From: a virus
IMG/VR virus record: IMGVR_UViG_3300045988_037272
Span: 1-42,899 of that record
Length of the DNA: 42,899 bases
Strand: one strand, 5' to 3'
Shown: positions 40,182-42,899 of the stretch, piece after piece
Numbering within the stretch: the first letter of the stretch is position 1
How the letters are laid out: each line of letters opens with the position of its first letter
Translations under genes and position numbers: made by a program
Notes under the pieces: model-generated
Database searches by the model: none
What the model saw: the letters and a program-made list of their open reading frames with translations, nothing else
What the model was told of the DNA's origin: nothing

Positions 40182-41280
40182 TAAATATTACGTCGGCGGA
40201 GACATTACGAGCTTTGCCGACAATGGCAAGTATAAGCCTATCTCCCGCGTGACGCTGCTTGTGGATGACGAAAACAGCCTGACAGCGGGCGATGACACCG
40301 GCATGGAGATTGTCGCAAGCTGCCCGCACGCTACACAAGCGATGGTAAATGCTTTACTGCAAACCATGAAAGGTTATCAGTATCAGGCATACGAGGCAGG
40401 CGCAGCAAACATCGATCCAGCGGCAGAGCTGGGCGACGGCGTGACGGTCGCTGGCGTGTATTCTCCGTTGTCTAAAATCTCCGACGATGGGCGCGGATAT
40501 GCTGGTATTTCTTCCCCAGGTGAAGCGGAGATGGAAGATGAATACCCGTCTGAGGGGTACATCACGCAGGAGTTCAACCGCAAAATTGCTGAAACGCGCT
40601 CGATTATCACCAAGACCAGCGAAGAGATCATGCTCAAGGTCGAGGGGCTGGACGGTAAGTACACCGAGGTTAAAACCACGGTAGACGGATTTACCGTCAC
40701 TGGCCCTGATGGTACCACCTTGATCGATGGCGGAAAGCTCAAGGCAAATTCGGTTACTGCCGATCAGATTGACGCTACAAACCTTAAAGTGGCTGCGGCT
40801 AACATTACCGGCACGCTAACAGCGAGCCAAATCCAGACCGGCAGCATCCGCGTGGGCGACCTCAAGGACGGCTCGAGCTACGCGACGAAGACCTATGTCA
40901 ACGATAACGCGGGTCTAAGCGCAAGCGAAGTCGACAGCGCTATTGAGACGTACATCGACGAGACGAGCATCACGGCGGAAAAGCTGCGCGGACGCTACGT
41001 CCAGCTTTTGGCGAGCAGCGACAGGCAAGTCGGTCAGCTCGGCATTGAGTACACGACGACCGGCTACGGCGTGAGCATTAAGACCGACTATGGCGGCATC
41101 CAGCTTATCGCGGGCGGCAATGTGTATCTCGCAGCAAACAGTGACAATGGCGGATTTGTTACCGTTTCAGACAGCTACGTGTCGCTCGGTGGCGGCAAGC
41201 TGATAATTGGCTCGAAGATGTACGGGCCGAGCTTGCCGTCTAATCCTCAGTACGGTCAACTGTTTTTCTTGAAAAAGTAA
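40174..41280 (+). CDS. Tail-associated fibre/hub protein
   Basis: TTG start follows GGAGGGGTGAGGA. Repeats of the type SVTADQIDATNLKV/ANITGTLTASQIQTGSIRV are typical of fibre shafts. Confidence 0.65.
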   Translation: MSDKYYVGGDITSFADNGKYKPISRVTLLVDDENSLTAGDDTGMEIVASCPHATQAMVNALLQTMKGYQYQAYEAGAANIDPAAELGDGVTVAGVYSPLSKISDDGRGYAGISSPGEAEMEDEYPSEGYITQEFNRKIAETRSIITKTSEEIMLKVEGLDGKYTEVKTTVDGFTVTGPDGTTLIDGGKLKANSVTADQIDATNLKVAAANITGTLTASQIQTGSIRVGDLKDGSSYATKTYVNDNAGLSASEVDSAIETYIDETSITAEKLRGRYVQLLASSDRQVGQLGIEYTTTGYGVSIKTDYGGIQLIAGGNVYLAANSDNGGFVTVSDSYVSLGGGKLIIGSKMYGPSLPSNPQYGQLFFLKK

Positions 41281-41292
41281 GGCGGTGGGCTT

Positions 41293-41718
41293 ATGGCAAC
41301 ATTAAGGGTCTACGTCGATGTGACAGGGCCGACCACCGCAACGCTGACGGCGTCCTTTTCGGGCGGTTCGGAATCTTACCAGTATGCGCGTGCGCTGGCA
41401 ATCTCCGGTATCTATGACTATACATTTTACGAGGAATCCGCTGAGACAAGCGGCGGCAGTAACACGTGGGAAGTAGAGCTAACCGACCTTGACCCCGATA
41501 CCACATACCGTTGGACGGTTGAGCTGTGCTCGTGGACAACGAGCGGCTGGACGGTCGTAAGCGGGTACACAAAGACCGGTTCGTTTACGACAGAGGGCGG
41601 CGGCTCGGACGACCCCACGGCTTACATCAACAATGAAGCATACACGCCTTACATCTATACCGGCTCATGGGACATCTACGAACCAAACTGGTATACGGGC
41701 GCATGGAATTCCGGCTAA
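41293..41718 (+). CDS. FN3-like small tail accessory protein
   Basis: LTDLDPDTTYRWTVEL fits the fibronectin-III pattern L.P.T.Y...V. Confidence 0.55.
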   Translation: MATLRVYVDVTGPTTATLTASFSGGSESYQYARALAISGIYDYTFYEESAETSGGSNTWEVELTDLDPDTTYRWTVELCSWTTSGWTVVSGYTKTGSFTTEGGGSDDPTAYINNEAYTPYIYTGSWDIYEPNWYTGAWNSG

Positions 41719-41729
41719 AGGAGCGTACT

Positions 41730-41975
41730 ATGAACGACATTAAACAGAAAATCAACCACGCACATGCATTGCTCGCCGGTGTGCAGATCGCGGGAGTCTA
41801 CGCTAAGCTATTCGGCGCGGCAATGCAAGAGATTGAAGACGCATACGCGGGCGTAGAGAGAGCCGAGCGCGAGCTTATCACGCTGAGACATCAGGTCGAG
41901 GAAGCGAAAAAGGTGGAAGACGGCGAGGCAGAAACCGCAAAAGCGCCCGAGGAAAGCGAGGTAGCCGATGGCTGA
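41730..41975 (+). CDS. Small coiled-coil protein (81 aa)
   Basis: ATG 41730 follows AAAGGAG. Overlaps the tail-fibre start by 8 nt. Confidence 0.55.
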   Translation: MNDIKQKINHAHALLAGVQIAGVYAKLFGAAMQEIEDAYAGVERAERELITLRHQVEEAKKVEDGEAETAKAPEESEVADG

Positions 41976-42899
41976 TAAAGCGATAAGTGACCTTACCCAA
42001 GCGACACAGATCACGGGCGAAGACCTTTTCGTCTTGCAGCAGAACGGCGAGGCGAAAAAACTCAAGGGCAGTCAGGTAGTGCAATACGCAAAGGATTCCG
42101 TTGCGGCGGAGGTGCAGGGCGTCAAGGAGTATGCTGACAGCGCCAAAGCATCGGCTGATGCGGCGGCAAAGGACGCAACCAGAGCGGCGACCGCAGCACA
42201 GGGCATCGACGACAAGGTTGCTGCGGCTGACGCTTCCGCAAAGGCGGCGGCATCTTCTGCGGCGGCGGCTGCTGCATCGGCGACCGGCGTCGATGAGAAG
42301 GTACAGGCCGCGCAGACGGCGGCGGACAATGCTGCCAAGTCTGAGACGGCGGCAAAGGCTGCACAGACCGGAGCCGTCAACGCGCAGAAAGCGGCGGAGA
42401 CGGCGCAGACCGGCGCACAGACCGCTAAGACGGCAGCGGAATCAGCACAGGAAGCCGCGGAGAGCGCAAAAGACGCTGCGGCAGAAAGTTCGACCGCTGC
42501 GGGGCAGAAAGCCACAAAGGCCGCTCAAAGCGCCGAGGACGCGGCATCTGCCAAGTCTGCGGCGGAGACGGCGAAGACAGACGCACAGGCGGCACGCGAC
42601 GCCATTGTCAACATGATCGTCGATGCGGTGACGCTTGAGACGGGCGAGCCCGCGACGGTGAGCAAATCTCTTGTGGACAACGTTTACAAGCTCGTCTTCG
42701 GCTTGCCGCGCGGCAACACGGGCGCAACCGGCCCGCAGGGTGCAACAGGCAACGGGATTTCCGGTATCGCTCTCAAGAGCGGCAACCATGCTCCCGGCAC
42801 AAGCGATGTGTACACCATCACCCTGACAGACGGCAAGACGTTTGACTTCGAGGTCTATAACGGTGCGAACGGTCAAGGCGCTGGCGATATGCTCGCAAG
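41968..42899 (+). CDS. Tail fibre protein, N-terminal part (runs off the window end, continues at 1..995; about 623 aa in total)
   Basis: ATG 41968 follows GAGG. A conserved N-terminus ADKAISDLTQATQITGEDLFVLQQNG, about 160 aa of Ala/Lys/Glu-rich coiled coil, then collagen-like GNTGATGPQGATGNG. No stop before the window end. Absent from the track. Confidence 0.8.
   Translation, partial: MADKAISDLTQATQITGEDLFVLQQNGEAKKLKGSQVVQYAKDSVAAEVQGVKEYADSAKASADAAAKDATRAATAAQGIDDKVAAADASAKAAASSAAAAAASATGVDEKVQAAQTAADNAAKSETAAKAAQTGAVNAQKAAETAQTGAQTAKTAAESAQEAAESAKDAAAESSTAAGQKATKAAQSAEDAASAKSAAETAKTDAQAARDAIVNMIVDAVTLETGEPATVSKSLVDNVYKLVFGLPRGNTGATGPQGATGNGISGIALKSGNHAPGTSDVYTITLTDGKTFDFEVYNGANGQGAGDMLA
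42845..42899. repeat. Copy of the 55-nt terminal repeat (same as 1..55)
   Basis: Identical sequence; read directly. Confidence 0.95.

Larger units (their letters stand above)
1..42899. mobile_element. Complete temperate siphovirus-type phage genome, circularly closed assembly (unique length 42,844 bp)
   Basis: Ordered modules for tail fibre/lysis, cargo, attP-integrase, immunity switch, replication and terS-terL-portal-capsid-tail. The first 55 nt repeat the last 55 nt. Confidence 0.9.

Noticed and set aside
42072-42616. Arg-rich plus-strand ORF 42101..42616 and Ala/Cys-rich minus-strand ORF 42072..42515.
   Set aside because: These are alternative-frame and antisense readings of the GCN-rich alanine repeat of the tail fibre. 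The fibre frame continues into a recognisable C-terminal domain across the junction.
1-42899. CRISPR arrays, diversity-generating retroelement (RT plus TR/VR), retron, transposase/IS elements, complete tRNA or rRNA genes.
   Set aside because: I saw no regularly spaced repeats, no reverse-transcriptase or transposase-like ORF, and no second T-arm-like motif while reading both strands.

Overview
The window is a complete, circularly closed genome of a temperate siphovirus-type phage. The first 55 nt are identical to the last 55 nt, so the unique length is 42,844 bp. That assembly junction splits the tail-fibre gene (41968..42899 continues into 1..995). Nearly every gene has a strong AGGAGG-type SD, and the gene families present (Gp157, GP20 scaffold, Gp15, DUF4352, M15 endolysin with an SLH-like tail) are typical of Firmicutes phages. 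Together these suggest a Gram-positive, moderately GC-rich Clostridia-type host; this is inference. Layout: tail fibre, receptor-binding and lysis genes (1-4210); an accessory region (4287-8383) holding a convergent minus-strand 4-gene cassette and an 8-gene plus-strand cargo operon; attP carrying the 3' part of tRNA-Ser(GCU) flanked by arm-type repeats (8430-8680); integrase plus a membrane-anchored XRE regulator (8709-10266); the immunity switch (10554-12669); the early, replication and anti-defence region (12666-25734: Gp157, SSB, replication initiator with internal iterons, DnaC-like loader, half-size DnaN-like clamp, DUF1064, C5-MTase-like, Lar-like, DUF2829/Tad2-like, late activator); a 482-nt non-coding GC-rich gap (25735-26216); then terS-terL-portal-capsid-connector-tail genes (26217-42899). 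The structural block is interrupted by two self-promoted islands: an RHH-regulated island at 30618-31501 and a DUF4352 membrane protein at 36514-37158. The most interesting candidates are the 8-gene cargo operon with a spore-surface-like composition, the 482-nt structured non-coding gap upstream of terS, the operator-controlled small-gene islands, the AT-rich orphan gene in the repressor operon, and the two-domain sliding-clamp-like protein. All homology statements come from motif recognition by eye; no searches were run.
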